A stretch of DNA of 64,000 nucleotides. Source: Escherichia coli. Its GTDB lineage: Bacteria; Pseudomonadota; Gammaproteobacteria; Enterobacterales; Enterobacteriaceae. Location of the stretch: assembly GCF_001677475.2 (NCBI RefSeq), contig NZ_CP015229.1; one strand, written 5' to 3'. Within the stretch, counting starts at the first letter, position 1, and each line of letters begins with the position of its first letter. Shown in pieces: positions 35,622-50,765 of the stretch. The translations under genes were made by a program, and so were the position numbers. A model generated the notes under the pieces. That model saw nothing but the letters and a program-made list of their open reading frames with translations, was not told where the DNA came from and did not search any database.

Positions 35622-36632
35622 TCAGAGGATGTGCACCTGCATTTCCGGGTCTTTGCGATCCAGATAGTGGATAGACTGAATGCGGCGAATGGTGCGTGAC
35701 TTGCCGCGGATCAGCAGAGTTTCGGTAGTCGCGATATTGCCTTTGCGGCTAATGCCTTCCAGCAGATCGCCTTTGGTAATACCGGTGGCAGAGAAGATGA
35801 CGTTATCGCTGCGCGCCATATCGCCCAGACGCAATACTTTACCGGCTTCGATGCCCATCGCTTTGCAGCGTGCCAGCTCCTGCTCGCCAATGCGACGATT
35901 CTCTTCGTTGTCGCCTTTGACGTCATGACGCGCCAGCAGACGACCATTCATGTCGCCATCTAATGCGCGGATCACCGCCGCAGAAACTACGCCTTCCGGC
36001 GCGCCACCAATACCGTACAGCACGTCAACTTCGCTGTCTGGCATACAGGTGAGAATTGAGGCCGCAACGTCGCCATCCGGAATAGCAAATACGCGTACGC
36101 CGAGTTGCTGCATTTCAGCGATAACGGCATCGTGGCGTGGTTTAGCCAGAATCGTTACCGTCAGTTCGCTCAACGGTTTGCCGAGCGCCGCCGCAACATT
36201 GCGCAGGTTATCCGCCAGCGGCAGGTTCAGATCAATGGTGCCTTTGGCTCCCGGCCCGACAATCAGCTTCTCCATATACATATCCGGCGCATTGAGGAAG
36301 CAGCCTTTATCGCCTACTGCCAGCACCGCCAGCGCGTTAGCCTGGCCCATCGCCGTCATGCGCGTGCCTTCAATCGGATCAACAGCAATATCTACCGCGT
36401 CGCCGCGACCAGTACCGACTTTTTCACCAATGTAGAGCATCGGTGCTTCGTCGATTTCACCTTCACCAATGACGATGGTGCCGTCAATGTTGACCTGGTT
36501 GAGCATAATACGCATGGCGTTTACCGCCGCGCCGTCCGCGGTGTTTTTATCGCCGCGTCCTAACCATTTGTAGCCAGCCAGCGCCGCTGATTCGGTGACG
36601 CGGGAAAATTCGATGGCAAGTTCTCGTCTCAT
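35622..36632 (-). CDS. glpX: Fructose-1,6-bisphosphatase class II
   Basis: 336 aa ORF. Confidence 0.9.
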   Translation of the reverse strand: MRRELAIEFSRVTESAALAGYKWLGRGDKNTADGAAVNAMRIMLNQVNIDGTIVIGEGEIDEAPMLYIGEKVGTGRGDAVDIAVDPIEGTRMTAMGQANALAVLAVGDKGCFLNAPDMYMEKLIVGPGAKGTIDLNLPLADNLRNVAAALGKPLSELTVTILAKPRHDAVIAEMQQLGVRVFAIPDGDVAASILTCMPDSEVDVLYGIGGAPEGVVSAAVIRALDGDMNGRLLARHDVKGDNEENRRIGEQELARCKAMGIEAGKVLRLGDMARSDNVIFSATGITKGDLLEGISRKGNIATTETLLIRGKSRTIRRIQSIHYLDRKDPEMQVHIL

Positions 36633-36719
36633 AGCAAACTCTAAGCAGTAAGGAATGGCGCGAAGTGTAGCACAGGGGAAGGGAGGGATTATTGATGTGT
36701 GCGGGGTTGCCCCCGCACG

Positions 36720-36765
36720 GTTTCAGGACTACCGGATGCGGCATAAACGCTTCATCCGGCATTTA
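36720..36765. repeat. REP element between glpX and glpK
   Basis: ccggatgcggcataaacgcttcatccggca. Confidence 0.6.
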
Positions 36766-36767
36766 CA

Positions 36768-39144
<2,377 letters not shown>

Positions 39145-39506
39145 AATCGGATCCTGAAGAGTTAATGTTTGTTGTATGCGTGAAAGTCACGGACCTCCAC
39201 GATGCTTGTAGGCATGCTGTAAACTTATCGTTAACGAGCAAAAACGAGAAATATCGAACTTAAAATGTGTGTGCTTCGTCATAAAATGAGCGTTATCGCG
39301 CCATTTATTCCATCTGATTGTACATGATGCATGTTTGTTAGATCATTCGCGCAACAAATTTATTAACATTTTCGATTGGTGTGGATTATGTCACCAGGAG
39401 AAGGATGAAAAGTGTGGCAAACCGTAATCTGCAAGGCGTGCCGCTGGACAGCGATGGCGCGGCTTCATACAATCGGAGCTAACTAAAGTGCGCTCGTATT
39501 TATTAA

Positions 39507-39815
<309 letters not shown>

Positions 39816-39868
39816 TTACGCTTCATCTTTCGCGTAATTTCTTTACTGTGTAGGCCAACAGGTAACGC

Positions 39869-39900
39869 AAAAAAAAGGCACCTTGCGGTGCCTTTCTTAT
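39869..39900. terminator. Bidirectional terminator between zapB and rraA (ggcacc ttgc ggtgcc flanked by A-run/T-run)
   Basis: Hairpin with A8 upstream and T-rich downstream. Confidence 0.6.
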
Positions 39901-40385
39901 CATTCAATATCCAGCGGATCTTCTGAAAGAATAATCCCAGTATTGTCGGCATAAAGATGGTCGCCGGAGAAGAAGGTGACACCGCCAAAATTGACGCGGA
40001 CATCGCTTTCGCCAATGCCTTCGCCAGCGGCACCAACCGGAATTGCGGCCATTGCCTGGATGCCGATATCCAGCTCTTCCAGGTCATCTACCTGACGCAC
40101 CGCGCCGTAAATGACCAGACCTTCCCATTCATTTTGTACTGCCAGACGCGCCAGTTCAGCATCGACCAGTGCGCGACGAACAGAACCACCGCCATCGACG
40201 ACAAGAACACGACCACGGCCATTCTGTTCGAGCAGATCGTACAGCAACCCGTTGTCCTCGAAACATTTTACCGTGATTATTTGTCCGCCAAACGACGCCC
40301 GTCCGCCAAAGTTGGAGAACAGCGGTTCCACGACGTTAACATCTTCTTGATAGATGTCACAAAGCTCGGAAGTATCGTATTTCAT
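39900..40385 (-). CDS. rraA: Regulator of RNase E activity A
   Basis: 161 aa ORF. Confidence 0.9.
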
Positions 40386-40477
40386 AGGCTTAACATTCAG
40401 TTGCTGCGAGAATTTTCAGTATATCGCGCTATGTGGGCTGTTGGCAAAATCATCAATTGTTAATTGATATTTGTCAG

Positions 40478-41404
40478 TTATGCTGCCCACTGGCTTAGGA
40501 ATATCCCTAAAACAAACAGCAGGTTAGTCAGTAACGCTCCCTTGACAGTGCGTTCCAGCATCGGTCGCATCGCCACCGGGTCCATTTCCCGCATCACATA
40601 ACGGGCTTGCTTCACCAGTAATGGTGCCGCCAGCAGGAACAGCCAGCCCCACAGGCTATGCAGCGAAAAGAGATTAAACAGCGCCAGGCACACCAGAGAG
40701 CCCATCAGCAGGCAGGCATGATAACGACGCGCGTTCACTTCACCTAAGCGCACCACCAGCGTGTTTTTGCCATTTTCGCGGTCGCTATTGATATCACGCA
40801 GGTTATTAATGTTCAGTACTGCCGTTGCCAGCAGGCCGCATGCGGTCGCCGGAAGGATCAGTGCCGGAATCAATGTATGAGCCTGTAAATACCAGCTCCC
40901 CATGACGCTTAACCAGCCAAAGAAAACCAGTACGGAAATATCACCCAGACCGATATAACCATAAGGACGATTGCCCACGGTGTAGGTGATAGCGGCAATG
41001 ATCGACAACCCGCCAAGAATCAGGAAGCCGACAAAATCGGCCAGCGTATGGCACGCCACTGCAACCAGTGCCAGCCCGGAGAGACAGATGAGCACGACGG
41101 TAATAATGAGCGCCCGTTTCATCTCTTGCTGGGTAATGACCCCTTTTTGCATGCCGCGTAGCGGTCCGATCCGGTCAGGTTTATCGCTGCCTTTTACCGC
41201 ATCGCCGTAATCATTGGCGAGGTTAGAAAGGATCTGTAATAGCCCGGCGGTAATCAGAGCCAGCAGGGCGACCAGCGGATCAAAATGACCTTGCCACCAT
41301 GCCAGCGCCGTCCCGACGATAATTGCAGCAAAGGCGAGGGGGAGGGTTTTAGGTCGTAAACTTTCCAGCCACGCCTGAGTTCGGCTAATTTGTTGTTCAG
41401 TCAT
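40478..41404 (-). CDS. menA: 1,4-dihydroxy-2-naphthoate octaprenyltransferase
   Basis: 308 aa from MTEQQISRTQAWLESLRPKTLP... Confidence 0.9.
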   Translation of the reverse strand: MTEQQISRTQAWLESLRPKTLPLAFAAIIVGTALAWWQGHFDPLVALLALITAGLLQILSNLANDYGDAVKGSDKPDRIGPLRGMQKGVITQQEMKRALIITVVLICLSGLALVAVACHTLADFVGFLILGGLSIIAAITYTVGNRPYGYIGLGDISVLVFFGWLSVMGSWYLQAHTLIPALILPATACGLLATAVLNINNLRDINSDRENGKNTLVVRLGEVNARRYHACLLMGSLVCLALFNLFSLHSLWGWLFLLAAPLLVKQARYVMREMDPVAMRPMLERTVKGALLTNLLFVLGIFLSQWAA

Positions 41405-41412
41405 AATACGCG

Positions 41413-41441
41413 CCAATAAAAATGGGGCCTTTCAGCCCCAT
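41413..41441 (-). terminator. Terminator of hslVU operon
   Basis: tggggc ctttca gcccca with T-run on minus strand. Confidence 0.55.
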
Positions 41442-41470
41442 CAAACAATGATGAAAATGATTGAACGCGA

Positions 41471-42802
41471 TTATAGGATAAAACGGCTCAGATCTTCATC
41501 TGCCACCAACGCATCCAGATGTTTGCTCACATAATCTGCGTCAATAGTGATATTTTGACCGCTTAAATCGCTGGCGTCGTAGGAAATCTCTTCCATTAAA
41601 CGCTCCAGAACAGTGTGTAAACGACGAGCACCGATGTTTTCGGTAGATTCGTTCACCTGCCATGCCGCTTCCGCGATGCGCTTAATACCGGAGTCGGTAA
41701 ACTCGATATTTACGCCCTCAGTCGCCATCAGTGCTTTGTACTGCACGGTGATAGAGGCATTCGGCTCGGTCAGAATACGCTCGAAGTCGCTGGTGGTCAG
41801 TGCCTGCAGTTCAACGCGGATTGGCAGACGACCTTGCAGTTCCGGGATCAGGTCAGACGGTTTCGCAATCTGGAACGCGCCAGAAGCGATAAACAGAATG
41901 TGGTCAGTTTTGACCATCCCGTGTTTGGTGGAAACGGTGCAACCTTCTACCAGCGGCAGCAGGTCACGCTGAACACCTTCACGAGAAACATCCGGACCGG
42001 AAGACTCGCCGCGCTTACAGATTTTGTCGATTTCGTCGATAAACACGATCCCGTGCTGCTCAACAGCGTCGATAGCGTCTTGCTTCAGCTCTTCCGGATT
42101 CACCAGTTTCGCCGCTTCTTCTTCAATCAGCAGCTTCATGGCGTCTTTGATTTTCAGCTTACGTGCTTTTTGCTTCTGGCCGCCCAGGTTCTGGAACATG
42201 GACTGCAGCTGGCTGGTCATCTCTTCCATTCCCGGAGGAGCCATAATTTCAACGCCCATCGGTGCTGCGGCAAGATCGATCTCGATTTCTTTGTCATCAA
42301 GCTGGCCTTCACGCAGTTTCTTGCGGAATGCCTGACGAGCAGCGGACGGTTCCTGCTGCTGTTCGGTCTGTCCCCAGTTGTTTTTAGCAGGTGGGATCAG
42401 CACGTCGAGAATACGTTCTTCTGCCAGTTCTTCAGCGCGATAACGGTTTTTCTCGATAGCCTGGACGCGTACCATTTTCACGGCGGCATCGGTCAGATCG
42501 CGAATAATAGAATCCACTTCCTTACCGACATAGCCCACTTCGGTGAATTTGGTCGCTTCAACTTTGATGAACGGCGCATTCGCCAGCTTAGCCAGACGAC
42601 GGGCGATTTCAGTTTTACCGACACCGGTCGGGCCGATCATCAGGATATTTTTCGGGGTCACTTCATGGCGCAGCTCTTCGTTGAGCTGCATGCGACGCCA
42701 GCGGTTACGCAGAGCAATCGCCACGGAACGCTTGGCGTTGTCCTGGCCGATGATGTGCTTATCCAGTTCGCTGACGATTTCGCGTGGGGTCATTTCAGAC
42801 AT
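41471..42802 (-). CDS. hslU: ATP-dependent protease ATPase subunit HslU
   Basis: 443 aa ORF, Walker A GPTGVGKT. Confidence 0.95.
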
Positions 42803-42811
42803 GGGAGATCC

Positions 42812-43342
42812 TTACGCTTTGTAGCTTAATTCTTCGATGGTGTGGAAATGGTTGGTATAGATGCAAATGTCGCCTGCAATATCCAACGCCTTTTCAGCAA
42901 TTTCACGGGCGCTAAGTTCAGTGTTTTCTAACAGCGCGCGCGCCGCAGCCTGGGCGTAAGGGCCGCCGGAGCCGATAGCAATAAGATCGTTTTCTGGCTG
43001 CACCACGTCACCGTTACCGGTGATGATAAGCGATGCAGTTTCATCCGCGACTGCCAGCAGTGCTTCAAGTTTGCGCAACATGCGATCGGTACGCCAGTCT
43101 TTTGCCAGCTCAACGGCGGCTTTGACCAGATGGCCCTGATGCATTTCCAGTTTGCGTTCAAACAGTTCGAACAGCGTAAAAGCATCCGCAGTACCGCCCG
43201 CAAAGCCCGCGATGACTTTGTCGTTGTACAGACGGCGGACCTTTTTCACGTTGCCTTTCATTACGGTATTGCCCAACGTGGCCTGACCATCACCAGCGAT
43301 GACCACATGGCCGTTACGGCGTACGCTTACTATAGTTGTCAC
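42812..43342 (-). CDS. hslV: ATP-dependent protease peptidase subunit HslV
   Basis: 176 aa [23 protein letters not shown]... Confidence 0.95.
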
Positions 43343-43434
43343 GAGCTGACCCCTTGGTTACGAATACAGAGTACAAACCCCGTACAAAAGTACGGGGCAT
43401 AATGCAATTATAGATGGGGGGGATTTTGAGGGTT

Positions 43435-44394
43435 TCAACCCCCGGCGGCGAGCCGAATGCAGTTTGTATGACCCGCCATCTTCAACCGATTGAGAGTGCT
43501 GTCTGCGTTCTCTTTGCCTTTCACCGGGCCAATCACCACTCGATTCCAGCCATTGTTGGTGGTGATTTTCGAGTCAAATCCTTCGAACGCCAGCTGAGCA
43601 CGTACCGTCTCTGCCTGTTCCGCGCCTCTGAACGAACCGCACTGCACCATCCAGCGGCGTTCGTCTTTTTTCTCCGCCGTCGGTTTTGGCGCGTCAGCGG
43701 CACGAGTAACCGGCGCAGCTTGCTGCGGCTTCGACTGCGCGGTCGTGTGCGCAGGGGTTTGCAGCAGATCCTGGTACGGCTGCTGAGTAGACGCCGGTTT
43801 AGACTGGCGCGGTTGCGCCTGTACCGGCGCGGCTTGCGACGTACGCGTCTGCTGCTGCCAGCTTTGTTCAGTCGTACGCGACTGCTGAGCCAGGCGTTGC
43901 TGTTCCGCTAATTGCTGCGCCTGACGTTGGCGCTGTAGCGTTTGCTGACGCTGTTCCGGCGTCTGTTCATTCCACGGAACCTCAACCAGCTGCGTTGGCT
44001 GCTGGCGCATATCAGCCTGCATTTGTTCAAGAAGCTGACGTTGTTCTGGTGTCAGTTGCTCCGGCGTTTTCACTTCACCACCAGCAGAAGGTTCTGTGGG
44101 CGCACGCACACCCGGCTGGCGACTTTCCAGCTCTTTGATGTAGCGCCAGCGTTCTTCTGGTTTTGGTGGTAGTCCGTTTCCGGTCACTTTCTGGCTTTGC
44201 AGCGTCTCGGACTCTTCTTTCTTGTGATGCGTAATGAAGTACAGACCACCGATAAAGGTCACAAGAACGGCGGCAGCAATAGCGACCATAGCGGGAGAAA
44301 CCGCAGGCAGATTTCGTTGCTTTTTCCGTGAGGTGCTCTTTTTTCGCCGCGAAGGTGCCGGTTGGCTGCGGCGTACATAATCTCGTTGTGCCAC
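43435..44394 (-). CDS. ftsN: Cell division protein FtsN
   Basis: 319 aa ORF, Gln/Pro-rich with C-terminal SPOR region. Confidence 0.9.
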   Translation of the reverse strand: MAQRDYVRRSQPAPSRRKKSTSRKKQRNLPAVSPAMVAIAAAVLVTFIGGLYFITHHKKEESETLQSQKVTGNGLPPKPEERWRYIKELESRQPGVRAPTEPSAGGEVKTPEQLTPEQRQLLEQMQADMRQQPTQLVEVPWNEQTPEQRQQTLQRQRQAQQLAEQQRLAQQSRTTEQSWQQQTRTSQAAPVQAQPRQSKPASTQQPYQDLLQTPAHTTAQSKPQQAAPVTRAADAPKPTAEKKDERRWMVQCGSFRGAEQAETVRAQLAFEGFDSKITTNNGWNRVVIGPVKGKENADSTLNRLKMAGHTNCIRLAAGG

Positions 44395-44485
44395 TATCGT
44401 TTCGCTGTATTTATTCGTTCGTCAGCCCGCCATGTTACTTAAGCGGCGGGCCTTTGACCAGTCACGGCAGTCTTAAAGGTTTACT

Positions 44486-45511
44486 TTAAGGTAACGCGCG
44501 TGTTGATCCCCGGATGATAAGTTCGCAGTCCATTAAACGAGAGCCACTGCCAACGTGTTGCCCCTGCATTTGATCAAGCAATAACAGCATAGCTTCCCGA
44601 CCGATTTCGTAACGCGGCTGCGCGATGGTTGTCAGCGGCGGATCACAAAATTGCGTCAGGTCGATGTTATCAAAACCGATTATGGAAAGGTCTTCCGGTA
44701 CTTTTAGCCCCTGGCGTTTTGCCTGCGAAAGTGCGCCGAGCGCCATCACATCACTATGGCAGAAGACAGCAGTAGGCGGTTGTGGAAGATCAAGCAGCTG
44801 TTGCATTGCTTTGCTTCCGGCTTCGAAGGTGAAGTCGCCACGGGCGATGTATTGCGGATCAATCATAATGCCGCAGCGACGCAGCGCCTGAATGTAGCCT
44901 TGCAGGCGGTAGTGACACAGCGGCATCTCTTCGGGACCGGCTATACAGCCAATCCGTTTATGCCCTTGCTCATATAAATAATTTACTGCATCAAATGCGG
45001 CGGTCAGATTGTCGATATGAACTGTAGGCAGCTCCAGTTCCGGTGCAAATTCGTTCGCCATCACCATCGGCGGCAGATTACGCTGTTCCTCAATGCTGGC
45101 ATCAAACGGCAGCCTTGAACCCAGCAGCAACATGCCATCAATTTGCTTGGTGATGATCAAATCGATAAAGGTTTTTTCCTGCTGATTTTGATGCGCACAG
45201 TCGCCAATCAGCACCAGATATCCGTGATTTGCCGCCGTAACTTCGATACCGCGAATAATTTCGCTAAAGAAGGGATCGCAGATATCCGGGACAATCACCA
45301 GAATGGTACGGGATTCATTACGCTTGACGTTGCGCCCCATAGGCTGAGGTAAATAACCCACTTCCCGGGCCGCTTTTTCAACCCGATTACGGGTGGCCTG
45401 GGAGACTTTATCGGGATTCATTAATGCTCGGGAGACGGTCGCTGTAGAGACTTTTGCCTTGAGGGCAACGTCTTTCATGGTCGCGGCAGTTTCCTGCTTC
45501 TTCGCTTTCAC
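44486..45511 (-). CDS. cytR: LacI-family repressor CytR (probable GTG start)
   Basis: 341 aa from (V)KAKKQETAATMKDVALKAKVSTATVSRAL... Confidence 0.9.
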   Translation of the reverse strand: MKAKKQETAATMKDVALKAKVSTATVSRALMNPDKVSQATRNRVEKAAREVGYLPQPMGRNVKRNESRTILVIVPDICDPFFSEIIRGIEVTAANHGYLVLIGDCAHQNQQEKTFIDLIITKQIDGMLLLGSRLPFDASIEEQRNLPPMVMANEFAPELELPTVHIDNLTAAFDAVNYLYEQGHKRIGCIAGPEEMPLCHYRLQGYIQALRRCGIMIDPQYIARGDFTFEAGSKAMQQLLDLPQPPTAVFCHSDVMALGALSQAKRQGLKVPEDLSIIGFDNIDLTQFCDPPLTTIAQPRYEIGREAMLLLLDQMQGQHVGSGSRLMDCELIIRGSTRALP

Positions 45512-45666
45512 ACTCACTCCTCGCCTGGCACGGCAGGCGTACTACTTCCATGTTTACTTCACATCGGCAACATTTTTAGCAGATAGCGCGTGAAAACGGT
45601 TACAGAATTTTCATGAAAAGTGTGATGAATATTGAATTTTTCGATCCGCCTCGCATCGTTTGCGCA

Positions 45667-48024
<2,358 letters not shown>

Positions 48025-48028
48025 TTAG

Positions 48029-48280
<252 letters not shown>

Positions 48281-48298
48281 GACCGGATTTCCGAAAAA

Positions 48299-48321
48299 AG
48301 CGCCGCACGGCGCTTTTTTTG
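48299..48321 (+). terminator. rpmE intrinsic terminator (agcgccg cac ggcgct + T7)
   Basis: Perfect hairpin and T-run. Confidence 0.7.
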
Positions 48322-48340
48322 TGCCTGAATTTTGGTCGTA

Positions 48341-48949
48341 TTACCAGGAAAACAGCGGCCATTCTTTGGCGACCGTGGTGAGTTGTGGCGCGTCGAAAAC
48401 GGCTTGTGGTGAAACTACCGTTTCCTCAAGCGGAATATTTTTGCCGTAGCGTTCTTTGAGCTTTGCCTGAACTAGCGGGTTACTCAGATCGAACTCTTTC
48501 AGCTTCTGCTGTTTGCCCACACGCATTCCCAGCGCATTCTGGTAAACCTTCCACACCACTTCCGAACAGTACTGGTGATCGTCGCTCCACGAGAAGCTGG
48601 AGTCATACGGTTTACCGAGATAACGTTTTGCCGTTTGCGCCAGTTTTTGCTGTTGTTCAACACTCAGTCCGCCTTCAACGCGGCGAACAACGTATTTGCC
48701 CTTTTCACCATGCGCGATCCACTGCTTGAGTGGGGTGTATTTTACCGGGCCGACCGCTTCAAAAACGTAGGGCTTTTTGTTGCGTATCACCAGCATACCG
48801 GTGTGGCTGTAATCGGAATGGGTCGCCAGTTGGATCGCTTTACTTTGCGATGAGCGAGAGATCTGAAAGATGATGTCGCCGGTTTGTGGTTGCCAGGCAA
48901 ATGCAGGCACAGAAACCAGCAGGCTGAGGATCAGTAGCCTGATTTTCAT
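48341..48949 (-). CDS. yiiX: YiiX (DUF830, putative lipid-binding hydrolase)
   Basis: 202 aa ORF with signal peptide. Confidence 0.8.
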   Translation of the reverse strand: MKIRLLILSLLVSVPAFAWQPQTGDIIFQISRSSQSKAIQLATHSDYSHTGMLVIRNKKPYVFEAVGPVKYTPLKQWIAHGEKGKYVVRRVEGGLSVEQQQKLAQTAKRYLGKPYDSSFSWSDDHQYCSEVVWKVYQNALGMRVGKQQKLKEFDLSNPLVQAKLKERYGKNIPLEETVVSPQAVFDAPQLTTVAKEWPLFSW

Positions 48950-49008
48950 CGTTAAACGTCCATGTATGAAAAAAGCGGCTGGTTAACTCCGCGCCGCTCT
49001 TTTCCGCT

Positions 49009-49326
49009 TTAGTATTCCCACGTCTCCGGGTTAATCCCCATCTCACGCATGATCTCTTTTGCCGCCTCCGGGATTTCGTCGCTGCGCTCTTTACGCAGGT
49101 CGGCATCATCCGGCAAAGGTTGCCCGGTAAAGGCATGCAGAAACGCTTCGCACAGCAGCTCGCTGTTGGTAGCGTGACGCAGGTTGTTCACCTGACGACG
49201 CGTGCGTTCATCGGTGAGGATTTTTAACACCTTAAGAGGAATGGAAACCGTAATCTTTTTGACTTGTTCACTCTTCTTGCCGTGCTCAGCGTATGGGCTG
49301 ATATATTCGCCGCTCCATTCAGCCAT
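49009..49326 (-). CDS. metJ: Methionine repressor MetJ
   Basis: 105 aa from [35 protein letters not shown]... Confidence 0.95.
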
Positions 49327-49516
49327 GAGATACTTAATCCTCTTCGTCAATAAATTGAGACCAGACCACACAATTTATGTGGGTACTGACCGTAAACCCG
49401 CATAGTTTACCGTACAGGCGTTACCGTGACATCGTGTAATGCACCTGTCGGCGTGATAATGCATATAATTTTAACGGCTATTTGAGATTTGCTCAATCTA
49501 TACGCAAAGAAGTTTA

Positions 49517-49548
49517 GATGTCCAGGTGTATTGACGTCCATTAACACA
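49517..49548 (+). promoter_or_regulatory. Tandem MetJ boxes upstream of metB (agatgtcc aggtgtat tgacgtcc attaacac)
   Basis: Four consecutive 8-bp units resembling AGACGTCT. Confidence 0.6.
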
Positions 49549-49602
49549 ATGTTTACTCTGGTGCCTGACATTTCACCGACCAAGCCCAGGGAACTTCATC
49601 AC

Positions 49603-50763
49603 ATGACGCGTAAACAGGCCACCATCGCAGTGCGTAGCGGGTTAAATGACGACGAACAGTATGGTTGCGTTGTCCCGCCTATTCATCTTTCCAGCACCTA
49701 TAACTTTACCGGATTTAATGAACCACGCGCGCATGATTACTCGCGTCGCGGCAACCCAACGCGCGATGTGGTTCAGCGTGCGCTGGCAGAACTGGAAGGC
49801 GGTGCAGGTGCGGTGCTAACCAATACCGGCATGTCAGCTATTCACCTGGTCACGACTGTCTTTTTGAAACCCGGCGATCTGCTGGTTGCGCCGCACGACT
49901 GCTACGGCGGCAGCTATCGCCTGTTCGACAGCCTGGCGAAACGCGGTTGCTATCGCGTGTTGTTTGTTGATCAGGGCGATGAGCAGGCATTACGGGCGGC
50001 ACTGGCAGAAAAACCTAAACTGGTGCTGGTAGAAAGCCCAAGTAATCCATTGTTACGCGTCGTGGATATTGCGAAAATCTGCCATCTGGCAAGGGAAGTC
50101 GGGGCGGTGAGCGTGGTGGATAACACCTTCTTAAGCCCGGCATTACAAAATCCACTGGCATTAGGTGCCGATCTGGTGTTGCATTCATGTACGAAATATC
50201 TGAACGGTCACTCAGACGTGGTGGCGGGCGTGGTGATTGCTAAAGATCCAGATGTTGTCACCGAACTGGCCTGGTGGGCAAACAATATTGGCGTAACGGG
50301 CGGCGCGTTTGACAGCTATCTGCTGCTACGTGGGTTGCGAACGCTGGTGCCGCGTATGGAGCTGGCGCAGCGCAACGCGCAGGCGATTGTGAAATATCTG
50401 CAAACCCAGCCGTTGGTGAAAAAACTTTATCACCCATCGCTGCCGGAAAATCAGGGGCATGAAATTGCCGTGCGCCAGCAAAAAGGCTTTGGCGCAATGT
50501 TGAGTTTTGAGCTGGATGGCGATGAGCAAACGCTGCGTCGTTTCCTGGGAGGGCTGTCGTTGTTTACGCTGGCGGAATCGTTAGGGGGAGTGGAAAGTTT
50601 AATCTCTCACGCCGCAACCATGACACATGCAGGCATGGCGCCAGAAGCGCGTGCTGCCGCCGGGATCTCCGAGACGCTGTTGCGTATCTCCACCGGTATA
50701 GAAGATGGCGAAGATTTAATTGCCGACCTGGAAAATGGCTTCCGGGCTGCAAACAAGGGGTAA
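49603..50763 (+). CDS. metB: Cystathionine gamma-synthase
   Basis: 386 aa from MTRKQATIAVRSGLNDDEQYG... Confidence 0.95.
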   Translation: MTRKQATIAVRSGLNDDEQYGCVVPPIHLSSTYNFTGFNEPRAHDYSRRGNPTRDVVQRALAELEGGAGAVLTNTGMSAIHLVTTVFLKPGDLLVAPHDCYGGSYRLFDSLAKRGCYRVLFVDQGDEQALRAALAEKPKLVLVESPSNPLLRVVDIAKICHLAREVGAVSVVDNTFLSPALQNPLALGADLVLHSCTKYLNGHSDVVAGVVIAKDPDVVTELAWWANNIGVTGGAFDSYLLLRGLRTLVPRMELAQRNAQAIVKYLQTQPLVKKLYHPSLPENQGHEIAVRQQKGFGAMLSFELDGDEQTLRRFLGGLSLFTLAESLGGVESLISHAATMTHAGMAPEARAAAGISETLLRISTGIEDGEDLIADLENGFRAANKG

Positions 50764-50765
50764 AA